Both the position numbers and the translations under genes were made by a program. A DNA stretch of 34,773 bases from an uncultured bacterium (GTDB lineage: Bacteria > Zixibacteria > MSB-5A5 > UBA10806), in assembly GCA_965541585.1 (NCBI GenBank), contig CBEUCH010000024.1:1-34773 (forward strand), read 5' to 3'. The stretch's first letter is position 1. The number at the start of each line of letters is the position of its first letter. This document shows, one piece after another, positions 10,502-20,498 of this stretch. A model generated the notes under the pieces. The model ran no database searches. It was not told the origin of the DNA and saw only the letters and a program-made list of their open reading frames with translations.

Positions 10502-10637
10502 TGGATTGTTCCTTTCTGCTATCTTGAATCAATTAAGCTTCTGCTTGATCTACCCTGATAAGTCTGTAAGAATCTATCATAAGTGACTAATCCATTTACC
10601 ATCCTCACCGCCTTCTAATTTAATGTCTTAGAGAGTT

Positions 10638-13600
10638 TTACTTCAGCAACACCATCTTCTTTGTCTCGACAAACTCACCAGCATGAATCTTGTAGAAATA
10701 GACACCGGAAGAAATATTGTTTGAATTCCAGGTTATCTGATGGTAGCCCGATTGTTGGTGTTCGTTGACAATAGTTTCAACTTTTCTACCAAGAAGATCA
10801 TAGATGGCAACAGTCACATGAGAAGCTTCGGGTAAGGCATATTTGATTGCTGTTTGTGCGTTGAAAGGGTTGGGGTAGTTTTGTGATAATGCAAACTCCG
10901 TTGGTAGTTCCATGGTGGTGGCGTCCTCGATATCTGTAGGCGTTACTAGAAAAGTAACGGGGATCGTTATCTCGCTGACCTCACGATAAAGATCGTAACC
11001 GTTCAATATCATCGATCCGCGGTATTCTCCTTCATCCAAAAATGTAGCATCGAATATGACAGTTACATCGAAATCATCACTTGGGGGCACCCTCCCGGAA
11101 CGTGGATCAGCCAAAAGCCATCTTTCCTGAATCTGGACCGTCAAACTGTCATGAACATATGGCTGATTATATGCCACCTGCAACCCGATCACCCCCGCTC
11201 CGTCCTGGATACCTATCGTCGCAGAATTATCGGGATAGTTTATCTCGGCGTAATTGAAAGTGATCATTCCGGAGGATGTCAATATAACCTGCGCAGTGTA
11301 AGGACCGCCGGACTCATAATGCGGGATATCTATCCACGAAACGACTGCGGAATCGGCGTTGGTGTAAACCCATACTTCACCTCCTCCTGGAGGAGTAAGG
11401 TCATCCCAGAACGGGGCCACCAGATTTTTGGGAGCTCCCGGTTCAGGAATTGGTGTATTAGCATATGCAGTTGAGACGTCGGTAAAGCTTATGAAACAGT
11501 TGGAGGAGACCCGGAAACCTGAGAAAAACTCGCCGTAAAACGGGAAGTCGAAATCAATGAAAAACGGACCATCGTTCTCATCGTCCTGCATACTTAACTG
11601 TTCGCCGCGGCCCACGATGTCCACCCATGCATAAGCCGGCCCGCCTGGCTCATCGGAATCTATCCAAAAATAACCGTACTCATCTGGCCCGCCCCGATCC
11701 AGGGTCAAAGGTGGATAGGTTTCCTGAGGATGATCTTCGGATTTATTGTACTCCTCAATGATATTCCGAAAGGCCGATACAAATGTCCAGTCGGGGACCC
11801 AACGACCAGGGTGCAGGCGACGGTCGTCAGTCTCCATCGAAATCCTGAAGTTCAGTTCGAGCCCCCCCGGATTCGATATGGTCAAATTCCCGAAGGTAAT
11901 CTCCCCTGAATACCCGTATACCTCGAGAGAATCCGGTTCGACCGCCATCCTGGCCCCCATCGTGGGGGTGGCTGAAATTTCGTTGGAAGGCATTGACTCT
12001 CCTGTCTCGCCATTGACATCATAAACCGAGGTTACCACATAAAAATACGTGGTATCATCGGTGACGGTGGAGTCGAAATAGACATTCTCCTCAATATACG
12101 TATCGTTCAACCTGTGGGTCGGATCTGTAGGCACGTCCGCCGTCAGGGAGCGATAAACGTTGTAGCCGAGCAGATCAAGGGTCTCCAACGGCCGAGGCCT
12201 TTCAACCCCGGCTGGCATTATAGTCGCTGCCTTAGTATCGCCGATGCCGGAAGCAATGGAGACACTCATTCTCCCAAGGGCATTGCGATTATCTATTGAG
12301 GCGAGCTCCATAGTAGGTGTGGATTCAGCCAAACGCAGTAGCCTGCCCCCATTATCGACTACGGTGGCCCTGATCATATGGTCGCCGTCGAATATATTCT
12401 GCAGGCCCCAGCTGCCGTCTTCTCGAGCCCACTTATGCTCCGGGTAATCGGTTGTTTCATCGATACCCATGCCGTCCTCGCCGCCACCGGGTAAGTTTTG
12501 AAAAGCGACCCAGAAATTGGGCCCGTCCAGCATAACTCCACCCGGAATAGGCAGAGTTATCCATTCCCCTAATTCACAGATGGTTTCTTGATAAAACGCC
12601 CGTTCTCCGGGCCAGCCAAAACCGTTGTCATCCCATACAGAGATTCCCACGGGGTCATGACCACGGTCCGGCCACGGCCAATGGTTATCTCCCTGAGTCA
12701 ACAGACGCACCCAGAGGGTTTCAACTTCAACCGGAGAAGTGGCCACGAACCGGTTCGCCATGAGATTATCGCGGGAGTAATAATAATAGCCGAGGCTAAG
12801 TCTGCCATCGTCATATTGGAGAGTCTCTGTAGGCCGAACGCCGGGCGCTGTCCATGAAAGCGGAACATGCCCGTCCCGGCCGGAGAGCCCCTCCAGGTTA
12901 AGAGGCGGCACGTTTCCCACCGAGACGAAGACCCAATTGGAATACTGAGACTCCAGCGGTGGACTGCCATCATCGATTGCTGTTACCACCACGATATAGG
13001 AACCGTCTTCACCCTCTGGGATCGCCATCACAAAATTTGGCTCTGTGCTGGATCCATGCAACTCATACGATCCTCCGGGAAATAGTTTTCTGTAGATGTT
13101 ATAATGATCCAGATCGCCCATCAGGTCCGTAAACGACCAGGCAAGGTAAACATCATAATCATCAACACTTGCCTGCAGATCTAAAGGAGGCTCAGGAGGA
13201 TGGTTTTGTCCGCGTCCCACGGCAATGTCGGTCGGGTCGGATTCTCCGACCGCTGGATAAACAGCTGTTACATAATAATAATGATCGACGCCGTTGGGAA
13301 CCGGTGAATCCAGATGGGAACTGATGTCACCTGGAAGCTCTGCAATCTGCTCGAACGGCCCGGAGGGATTATCGGCCTTGTAAACTCTGTAGCTTTGCGG
13401 GAAAACCTCGGAGGTGCGATCGACGTAATTTGCGGCGTTATGCACCAGCGCAATCATATCGCCTGTAAACTGCCGAGAATCTCCGATGTACTCATTGATC
13501 CCGACGACGGCAACATCCGGGGCGGTGGCCACGAAAGGCACGCCAGTATCCCATGATGCAACCCACTCACCGGCGTTGACGATGGCAACGTTTGCCAGAA

Positions 13601-16600
13601 AATAGCCGCCTATCCCATATACACCTTCCATTATCGGATGAGATTGGTTGTAATCACCGAGACTGTGCTCTGCATATTGCGTGCTGCCCACGGAGAAGGG
13701 CGAATAATCAGTCATAATTCTACCTTCAAGCTCGTATCCGGAATTGAAGGAAAACGACAGGATAATAACGCCGCCATTATTATCGACGTAATCGGCAAGA
13801 ACATCGCCCAAAGCCATTGGGTCGCCGAATCTAGTGTTGGACCAGACCACAACCACGTCGTATTCGCCGATCAGGTCCAAAGAGGGGGTGCCCCATCTGG
13901 CATCGTAATAATCGACTATCTCAATATCGTCAAATGCTTGCAGTTCACCCTGGAACTGACTGGCGAAATCGGCGGCGATCACCAATACACTTATATGAGG
14001 TCCACCGGGGGCCCGCCACCTGAGGGAGATCTGGAATTCCTCGTCAATACTCGCAGTTAGTTGACGCGGTGGTATAGCCCCGATGGCAAGGTCCACATTG
14101 TTTGAAAAGCCGGAGGATTGAACGCCCTCCACATCGACTGCAGCAATTCTATATCTGTAAACACCCTCTGATGTAAGCACCTCACTAAAGGTCACTGCCG
14201 GGTGTTGTAAAGTCGCCACAACCTCAAAATCCTGTTGGTTATGATCGCGCCTGAAAACCCTGTATTGAGCGATGTCATAATCAGTATTGGCATCCCAGGA
14301 AAGATATACCGTATCGGCAATCGAGAAAGCTACTAGATTCGTGGGGTTTGCGGGCGGCCGATTGACTGGCGTCGCAGAGTCTTCGTTGGATGGACCAACC
14401 TCCAGGAACTGGCCACCCCCAATATCATAAACGGTCGCTGCCTGATAATAATACGTAACGCCATTGTCTATGGGACCATAAGGGTCGTCTCCCCAATCGT
14501 CGTAGCTGGTCGGTTGAATCAACTCAGAGTTGATTACTAAACCTCGGTCATAGGGGTCAGGCCACGTGTCGCGATAGAGATTATAGCCGGCAATGATTTG
14601 CGTATCAGTAATTATCGAAGGACGTCCCGGAGAGAGGCGGAGATGAGGATAGTATGCGATTCTGTTTTGCCTGGCGGATGATCCTGTGACATCGCCAAAC
14701 TCGTTAGGCTTGGGAATTCCGCTGGTCAGAGAAGGATCTTTAAACACAGAGACGTTCGCTGCTATCTCCTTCGCAGGAGTAGCGTCGTAACCCAGCCACA
14801 AGGATCTATCGCCACCAAACACTTTGGCGCGAATCATATGATCTCCAGGGTAATAGTCTTGCAGTCCCCATTCTCCGGCCTCGCGACCCCATTTGTTCGC
14901 GGAGAAATTGGTCAGGGCATCCAGGCCCATGCCATCCTCACCGCCGCCGACAAGGTTGTTCATGGCAACCCAGAAATTGCCAGTTTCCACCAGTATTTGC
15001 TCCACGTCAACTCGTATCCATTCACCTGGAGAACAGGTCGTCTCCATGTAAAATACGGGATCATCTTCAGGGTATCCAGTGCCGTTATCGAGGAAAATAG
15101 ACAGCCCAACCGGATCGTGTACGCCATCCGGCCATGGCCAATAAGGGTCGCCTTCCGTCAACACATGGACCGCAATGGAATCTATGACTACAGGGTAACT
15201 CTGTGGCACGAACATGGTGGCCATCAAATTGTCATATGAAAAATAGTAATATCCATTAACCAGAATGCCATCGTCATAATACATCTCGTGCGAATCAGAG
15301 CCGCCCGGGGCAAACCAGCTTATCGGAACATGCCCATCGAATCCGGATTGCGCCGTCAGGTATAAAGGCGGGCCTTCGGTACCTGTAACCTGCAGGATGT
15401 ATGAATCGTCTGCGTCGTCAAAAATAAAATCGTATGAGGCATCGATCTCCGGTGTAAACTGTATGTCGGCACCGCCTATGCCGCCGATGCCATAGTTTGC
15501 CGCGTCGGAATGCATAACATAAAACCTGAAAGTATAGGTAACGTCTTCCACGAGTGGCGTGGATGCACCCCAGCTTGTCGGACGGTTGTTTATTCCCCTG
15601 GATAAATCCAGGGACAGGCCGTTGTCACCCTCTACCGATATTATCCAGTTATTGTCGAAACCAGACGGATTCACTACAAGTGTGGGAACCGGAGGGGGAG
15701 TTAAATCGAGTATCTGGAAACCCGCTCCCTCATCGAGATAAGCGTTCTCGCCCCCGTAGTCTTCGCTATATACCGCCCAGTGATAAGTATCAATCAGGTT
15801 TCTGACAAGCAATACGGCCCCCGTGAAAATGCCGTCGGCAGCAACCTCATCCGGTTCCAAGCCGTCGTCGTTGATCGGAACGAGGTCACCAGACCAACTC
15901 TCATCGTAGAATCCGTCGTTGTCCCAACTTCCTTTAACGTAGAATGTGCGATAAGAAACGTCTTCAGGGTTGGCGAATGAAGCTCTCAAGGTAGCAGTTA
16001 CTTTGCCTTCGAGAACGTAATCAACAAATGTGGTTTCGTTGGCAGAGACTATCTGCTGGTCGAGTATCGGCGGATGAGTAGGCGGATTCTCGACCTTAAT
16101 ATCCCACATGGTATCTGGAGGCACAAACAAAGAATAGTCGCCATCGCTACGCGAAAAAGCCCTCCATGGGCGTCCAATGACGCTGATCTGGGCTCCAAGG
16201 ATCGGCGATCCGGTAGCCTCGTCGGTGATAACACCTGCTAAGGTTCCCCAGCCTTCCCGAAGTGCCAGCGCTCGCGCTACAGCCTCATACGCATCGACAA
16301 TACCCATTCCATAATCGTTGTCCTCGCCGGGATCCCCGATATCCGCAGCCGTGTCCAGAATTATCTGCACTACCTGCTCTGAACTTAGGTTGGGGTTCGC
16401 TTGGCGCATCAGCGCCACCACGCCGGCTACATGCGGGCAGGCCATCGATGTACCGCTCATATTTGCATAGTTTCCACCGGGTATGGCACTATGCACACCT
16501 ACACCGGGCGCCGAAACCTCCGGTTTGAAGGTCGGCGTACCGTCCGGAGTGCAATAAGAGGGACCCCTGGATGAAAAGGTGGCAACGGGGAAATCGGGAT

Positions 16601-17717
16601 TGCCGCCGTCTAAGGCTCCCACTGCGAAACTCTTTAGAGTCGTTGTGGCCCTATCGGGGGGACGCCGCAACGAATTAGGGTCAGGCCCTTCATTCCCGGC
16701 AGCGAAGACTACCACCACTCCGGCCGCCTCGACTCCGTCCAGAACGATCCAGAAGGTTTCGTCACACGGGGGATATCCATGACCCGTCAACAATCCCCAG
16801 GAGTTGGAGCAAACATCCGGGACATCCCAGGCAGTGAAGGGGTTTCCGTCAGGATCCGCTATCCACTCGAACGCCGCCAGAGCATCCTGAACGGTGCGAG
16901 GGACAGTAACCCTATCGATAACACCGGCGGTGATCCACTCCGCTCCAAAGGCCACTCCTATGGTATCGCCAGACTCCTCACCGAGTCCACAGACGGTTCC
17001 CATGGTATGAGTGCCGTGTCCTCTGGAATCCGAGGGAAACTCCGTAAATGTCACCGGGTCAAGCCAGGCCCATTCAGGATGGTTCATATATCTAAGATCA
17101 TATCCTCTCCAGCGACTATTCAGGGCCGGATGGTTACCGTCCACTCCGGTGTCCAGATGGCTGACCAGACGCCCTTCACCGGTATATCCCATAGCCCATA
17201 CCTCATCGGCGCGAATCGCCCTTAAACCGGGCTCTACATTTGCAATGAGAGACTTATCCCCTTCTTTTTCGAAAGGTTCAATGGTCTCGATGAGGTAATC
17301 CGGGCTGACCTGCTCGACATCATCCCGGGCAACGATAATATCCAGAGCATCAGGGGTAGCAGTCACTATAATGATGTTTCCGATCCAGAGTCCACGGTAT
17401 TTCGCCACCAGCCCTTGAGCAGTCAGGTTGGCAAGCTGAGCTAAAACATCAGCCTGGGATTCTGTAGCAAGTTTCTGCAGGGCGCTAACAACTGCCTCAT
17501 GCCATTCTTGCCGATCGGCGTAGCGGGCATACAACTCGTCTTGTAGATTTCTAAGGTCCACTTGTTTGGCCATGGTTATAACTGCGCCGATCATTTCTTC
17601 CGCTTGATGGTCTTCCAGATACAAATCGAAATCCGAGCTATAATGGCCGGCAAAGGCGGTTGGAATGAATGCAAGAATGATTAGACTAATAAGGAAAAAC
17701 CTATATTCCGTTTGCAT
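10638..17717 (-). CDS. Giant (2359 aa) multidomain S8 protease with FN3-like repeats, a duplicated ~150-aa module, a GGPD/nidogen-like module and T9SS type A-like CTD
   Basis: Signal peptide; catalytic motifs HLDTG, HGTHTMG, GTSMACPH; NDDG...ADGIFTG (choice-of-anchor X-like); FN3-like PxNL..W..YxVYR..Y.V.AV repeats; ends QNYPNPFN...KKMVLLK. Confidence 0.94.
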   Translation of the reverse strand: MQTEYRFFLISLIILAFIPTAFAGHYSSDFDLYLEDHQAEEMIGAVITMAKQVDLRNLQDELYARYADRQEWHEAVVSALQKLATESQADVLAQLANLTAQGLVAKYRGLWIGNIIIVTATPDALDIIVARDDVEQVSPDYLIETIEPFEKEGDKSLIANVEPGLRAIRADEVWAMGYTGEGRLVSHLDTGVDGNHPALNSRWRGYDLRYMNHPEWAWLDPVTFTEFPSDSRGHGTHTMGTVCGLGEESGDTIGVAFGAEWITAGVIDRVTVPRTVQDALAAFEWIADPDGNPFTAWDVPDVCSNSWGLLTGHGYPPCDETFWIVLDGVEAAGVVVVFAAGNEGPDPNSLRRPPDRATTTLKSFAVGALDGGNPDFPVATFSSRGPSYCTPDGTPTFKPEVSAPGVGVHSAIPGGNYANMSGTSMACPHVAGVVALMRQANPNLSSEQVVQIILDTAADIGDPGEDNDYGMGIVDAYEAVARALALREGWGTLAGVITDEATGSPILGAQISVIGRPWRAFSRSDGDYSLFVPPDTMWDIKVENPPTHPPILDQQIVSANETTFVDYVLEGKVTATLRASFANPEDVSYRTFYVKGSWDNDGFYDESWSGDLVPINDDGLEPDEVAADGIFTGAVLLVRNLIDTYHWAVYSEDYGGENAYLDEGAGFQILDLTPPPVPTLVVNPSGFDNNWIISVEGDNGLSLDLSRGINNRPTSWGASTPLVEDVTYTFRFYVMHSDAANYGIGGIGGADIQFTPEIDASYDFIFDDADDSYILQVTGTEGPPLYLTAQSGFDGHVPISWFAPGGSDSHEMYYDDGILVNGYYYFSYDNLMATMFVPQSYPVVIDSIAVHVLTEGDPYWPWPDGVHDPVGLSIFLDNGTGYPEDDPVFYMETTCSPGEWIRVDVEQILVETGNFWVAMNNLVGGGEDGMGLDALTNFSANKWGREAGEWGLQDYYPGDHMIRAKVFGGDRSLWLGYDATPAKEIAANVSVFKDPSLTSGIPKPNEFGDVTGSSARQNRIAYYPHLRLSPGRPSIITDTQIIAGYNLYRDTWPDPYDRGLVINSELIQPTSYDDWGDDPYGPIDNGVTYYYQAATVYDIGGGQFLEVGPSNEDSATPVNRPPANPTNLVAFSIADTVYLSWDANTDYDIAQYRVFRRDHNQQDFEVVATLQHPAVTFSEVLTSEGVYRYRIAAVDVEGVQSSGFSNNVDLAIGAIPPRQLTASIDEEFQISLRWRAPGGPHISVLVIAADFASQFQGELQAFDDIEIVDYYDARWGTPSLDLIGEYDVVVVWSNTRFGDPMALGDVLADYVDNNGGVIILSFSFNSGYELEGRIMTDYSPFSVGSTQYAEHSLGDYNQSHPIMEGVYGIGGYFLANVAIVNAGEWVASWDTGVPFVATAPDVAVVGINEYIGDSRQFTGDMIALVHNAANYVDRTSEVFPQSYRVYKADNPSGPFEQIAELPGDISSHLDSPVPNGVDHYYYVTAVYPAVGESDPTDIAVGRGQNHPPEPPLDLQASVDDYDVYLAWSFTDLMGDLDHYNIYRKLFPGGSYELHGSSTEPNFVMAIPEGEDGSYIVVVTAIDDGSPPLESQYSNWVFVSVGNVPPLNLEGLSGRDGHVPLSWTAPGVRPTETLQYDDGRLSLGYYYYSRDNLMANRFVATSPVEVETLWVRLLTQGDNHWPWPDRGHDPVGISVWDDNGFGWPGERAFYQETICELGEWITLPIPGGVMLDGPNFWVAFQNLPGGGEDGMGIDETTDYPEHKWAREDGSWGLQNIFDGDHMIRATVVDNGGRLLRLAESTPTMELASIDNRNALGRMSVSIASGIGDTKAATIMPAGVERPRPLETLDLLGYNVYRSLTADVPTDPTHRLNDTYIEENVYFDSTVTDDTTYFYVVTSVYDVNGETGESMPSNEISATPTMGARMAVEPDSLEVYGYSGEITFGNLTISNPGGLELNFRISMETDDRRLHPGRWVPDWTFVSAFRNIIEEYNKSEDHPQETYPPLTLDRGGPDEYGYFWIDSDEPGGPAYAWVDIVGRGEQLSMQDDENDGPFFIDFDFPFYGEFFSGFRVSSNCFISFTDVSTAYANTPIPEPGAPKNLVAPFWDDLTPPGGGEVWVYTNADSAVVSWIDIPHYESGGPYTAQVILTSSGMITFNYAEINYPDNSATIGIQDGAGVIGLQVAYNQPYVHDSLTVQIQERWLLADPRSGRVPPSDDFDVTVIFDATFLDEGEYRGSMILNGYDLYREVSEITIPVTFLVTPTDIEDATTMELPTEFALSQNYPNPFNAQTAIKYALPEASHVTVAIYDLLGRKVETIVNEHQQSGYHQITWNSNNISSGVYFYKIHAGEFVETKKMVLLK

Positions 17718-17905
17718 AATGTGCTCTCCCGCTTAGGCTAAAGAATTGTAAAGTCAGGATCATCAACATATTGTTTGTTTTGCTCCCTGCTTTCTTACTC
17801 ACCCTCATTCAGCTATTTTTTGCTTCAATTTTCAGTTTTCCAGACAAATTTCACCTGCCAGGAGATAACAACATTATCACTGCACCCTTTTCGCATTATT
17901 CTCAA

Positions 17906-17932
17906 GAGACCCCCTCCCGATGAAGGGGTCTC
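17906..17932 (-). terminator. Hairpin / possible terminator after 18020..19339
   Basis: GAGACCCC...GGGGTCTC stem whose extension pairs by G.U on the minus strand; weak U-tract. Confidence 0.4.
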
Positions 17933-18019
17933 CCGGACGAAAGATCAGCCTACTTCTTTTGAAATTCCCCCACCCTTTGAAATTAACTCTGGACAACAGA
18001 TTAGTGGATACGCGTTTGC

Positions 18020-19339
18020 CTATCCGTGGATTCTTACCTCAATCGCCTTACGTTTGCGAATGACCGTGACTGTTGCAATGGCCATCAACGACAGCACCAG
18101 TATGAGCATGCCCCATTCGGAAAGCGTGGGAACAGGTTCCGCTGTATCGCTTGCCAGCCTCAACATCCAGCCATCGCTTTCACCGGCGCCAAACGAATAG
18201 GTTCTGCCGGAGACTACATACCCGCCATCGCTGGTCCGCTCAGCGCAGTCGACCATGTCCTCGTTCAGCGACCCGCCGTAAGTTCTCGTCCACAGCGTGT
18301 CTCCAGAGGAATTGATTCTTACAATGTAGAAATCGTTGCCTCCTGCGCCGAAAGAATCCGAGTTTCCCGCAATCAGGTATCCGCCGTCGCTGGCTTCGGT
18401 GACGCCGCCGGCCTCATCGTAACCACTCCCCCCGTAGCTCCGAGTCCAAACCGTATCGCCGTTGGAATCAGTCTTTACCACCAGGAAGTCGCCGTCACCA
18501 TCGCCGGTAGAGTATGAGGCGCCCACGATGAAGTATCCGCCGTCACTGGTGGGCACAACGTCATTAGCCCATTCGTCGCTGCCTCCACCATATTCGTTGT
18601 ACCAGTCAACGTCACCGTTGCTGTCAACCTTGAGGGCGAAGTAACTGTAAATCCATGAACCGCCGGCAACTCCACCAACCATAATGTAACCACCGTCAGC
18701 CGTCGGCCGAACCGACCAGGCCCAACTATCTTCACCCAGGTTATAATACCGGGTCCAGACCGTATCGCCATTGGCAGCAGTCTTCACTGCGTAAGCATTG
18801 TAAGCGCCGGATGATGGGTGCTCAGCCCATCCAACCACGATGTAACCGCCGTCAGAGGCCTGCTGTACTGAGGCGGCCTCCTCCATATAGCTCCCGCTAG
18901 TATAAGCATACGTTCGGGTCCAGACTGTGTCACCGGAAGAATTGGTCTTTATTAGGTAGAAATCACCATAGCCTTCGCCATATGACCACGTAGAACCGGT
19001 TATTATATATCCGCCATCGCTGGTTTGCCGAGCGCAACGGCCATAATCCCATTCACTGCCCCCGTAAGTCTGGGTCCAGATAGTATTTCCGGAAGCATCC
19101 AGTTTCGTCAGATATATGGCCTGTGAGCCGGGGCCGGAAGATTGTGTCGAGCCCACCATGATATACCCGCCGTCGCTGGTCTCCTGGGTATAGGGAGCGT
19201 CTTCCCAATCGGTGCCTCCATAGGTTCGTGTCCACAGGGTATCCTGGGCATAGAGGAGGCATGGGGCCAAAACGGACATCAAGATCAACAGTATCGACAT
19301 CTTGAGTCTTCGCTGTTCGTTTGTTTTAAATCTGCTCAT
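18020..19339 (-). CDS. Secreted repeat beta-propeller protein with IPTL-CTERM
   Basis: DTLWTRTYGG / TSDGGY repeats, paralogous to 4389..5906; C-terminal VPTLSEWG + TM + RKRK. Confidence 0.92.
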   Translation of the reverse strand: MSRFKTNEQRRLKMSILLILMSVLAPCLLYAQDTLWTRTYGGTDWEDAPYTQETSDGGYIMVGSTQSSGPGSQAIYLTKLDASGNTIWTQTYGGSEWDYGRCARQTSDGGYIITGSTWSYGEGYGDFYLIKTNSSGDTVWTRTYAYTSGSYMEEAASVQQASDGGYIVVGWAEHPSSGAYNAYAVKTAANGDTVWTRYYNLGEDSWAWSVRPTADGGYIMVGGVAGGSWIYSYFALKVDSNGDVDWYNEYGGGSDEWANDVVPTSDGGYFIVGASYSTGDGDGDFLVVKTDSNGDTVWTRSYGGSGYDEAGGVTEASDGGYLIAGNSDSFGAGGNDFYIVRINSSGDTLWTRTYGGSLNEDMVDCAERTSDGGYVVSGRTYSFGAGESDGWMLRLASDTAEPVPTLSEWGMLILVLSLMAIATVTVIRKRKAIEVRIHG

Positions 19340-19558
19340 TCGATTGCTCCAAATTTAGGTTCTTGGCTTTAAACTAACCATAAGCTGATTTCCTTGGTTT
19401 AAGGTCAGAGCTTTCTGCCAAATTTCTTGCTTGCCACTCTCAGTTGCTATGTCTTAGACTTTCTCAAAGTTGCTTTTGCCCGAGGGCAAGAGCGACTTGC
19501 TTGCAAAGGCCGTCAAACCTCCGTGTTTGGCGGCCGATCTCTACTTATTATTATAGTT

Positions 19559-20458
19559 CTAGCTGATACCACCTCCTTTAGTATTAAGAACGTGATAATC
19601 GGCTGCTTTTTCCCATAAAGCATTGAAAAGGGTCTTCAAGGTCTTGGCTAAACTCTGGTGCTCAATTATCAGAGTGGTTACTGACGGCTTTTTTAAAAGA
19701 GGATCTTCCATCGTAAAAATTACAGTCTTTTCATCGAAGATGGCCAATTTCATGGGAAGCTCCCCTAAGGCTCTTGCCTTCTCGCCTACCTTGACCATCT
19801 CATCCGCCTCTTGATAAATCAAGCGCCGCTCAACAGGATCGGAAGGTATCTCATATATCGATTTGTGAATGACACCCCTCTTCAAACTTGTTATCTCGCC
19901 CGAAACCTGGCCGTCTAACTCTTTCGATCCTAGACCTGCCGCATAGGGCGGTTTAGTAAAAACCAGAACCTCTCTCTTGGCTCCCTCCACTAGCCGCGCG
20001 AACCTGGTGGCCACCTGCGACGGCTCTTTTATGATCTCGATATAATCAAGCGGGCTCTCATTATTTCGGCTTCCTTTGTAAAGAGGGGTTAATTCCTTTA
20101 TCAAATTGGCTAAGTTCTCGCGGCCGGCCCTCTTTTTTTCAAGTATCTCGTCTTGCTTCGAATATAGCTTATTAAGCTCGATCTCAAATGTGCCTTCGAG
20201 ATCAGCAACCCCTTTCTCTTGAAGCAATGCGGGATCCGAGGCGCTGTATCTCCTTGACCTCCCTGGTCTTGAAACGCAAAACCCTTTGGCTAATAATCTC
20301 TCCAAGGATTCGTAAGCGTTGGTGCGAGGTATTCCGGCAATTTTGGAAACCTCTTGAACAGTCAGGGTGTCCTTTTGCAGAAGGGATAGGTAACTTTTTG
20401 CCTCATTGGCAGTTAGCCCCAACTCATGGAGCTTCTTAAGGGTGATGGGGTTGGTCAT
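19559..20458 (-). CDS. TrmB-family transcriptional regulator (winged HTH + PLD-like effector domain)
   Basis: LGLTANEAKSYLSLL...EVSKIAGIPRTNAYESLERLLAKGF matches the TrmB HTH; C-terminal LPMKLAIFDEK...FNALWEKA. ATG at 20458 follows AAGGA; the track start is a TTG at 20491. Confidence 0.9.
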   Translation of the reverse strand: MTNPITLKKLHELGLTANEAKSYLSLLQKDTLTVQEVSKIAGIPRTNAYESLERLLAKGFCVSRPGRSRRYSASDPALLQEKGVADLEGTFEIELNKLYSKQDEILEKKRAGRENLANLIKELTPLYKGSRNNESPLDYIEIIKEPSQVATRFARLVEGAKREVLVFTKPPYAAGLGSKELDGQVSGEITSLKRGVIHKSIYEIPSDPVERRLIYQEADEMVKVGEKARALGELPMKLAIFDEKTVIFTMEDPLLKKPSVTTLIIEHQSLAKTLKTLFNALWEKAADYHVLNTKGGGIS

Positions 20459-20498
20459 TTCGTTTTCCGTCCTTGTTGTGGTAGCAACCAACGCGACG

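Noticed and set aside
17864..17878. GATAA-N5-TTATC mini-palindrome resembling the core of the dif-like sites
   Set aside because: Only 5-bp arms, a different spacer length and no TTCC/GGAA flanks; expected by chance.
5924..19372. Many plus-strand and alternate-frame ORFs (e.g. 5924..6349, 8395..8865, 9749..10213, 17775..18200, 18026..18517)
   Set aside because: Shadow ORFs of well-supported minus-strand genes. The recurring PHSESVG text is simply the antisense reading of the IPTL tag.
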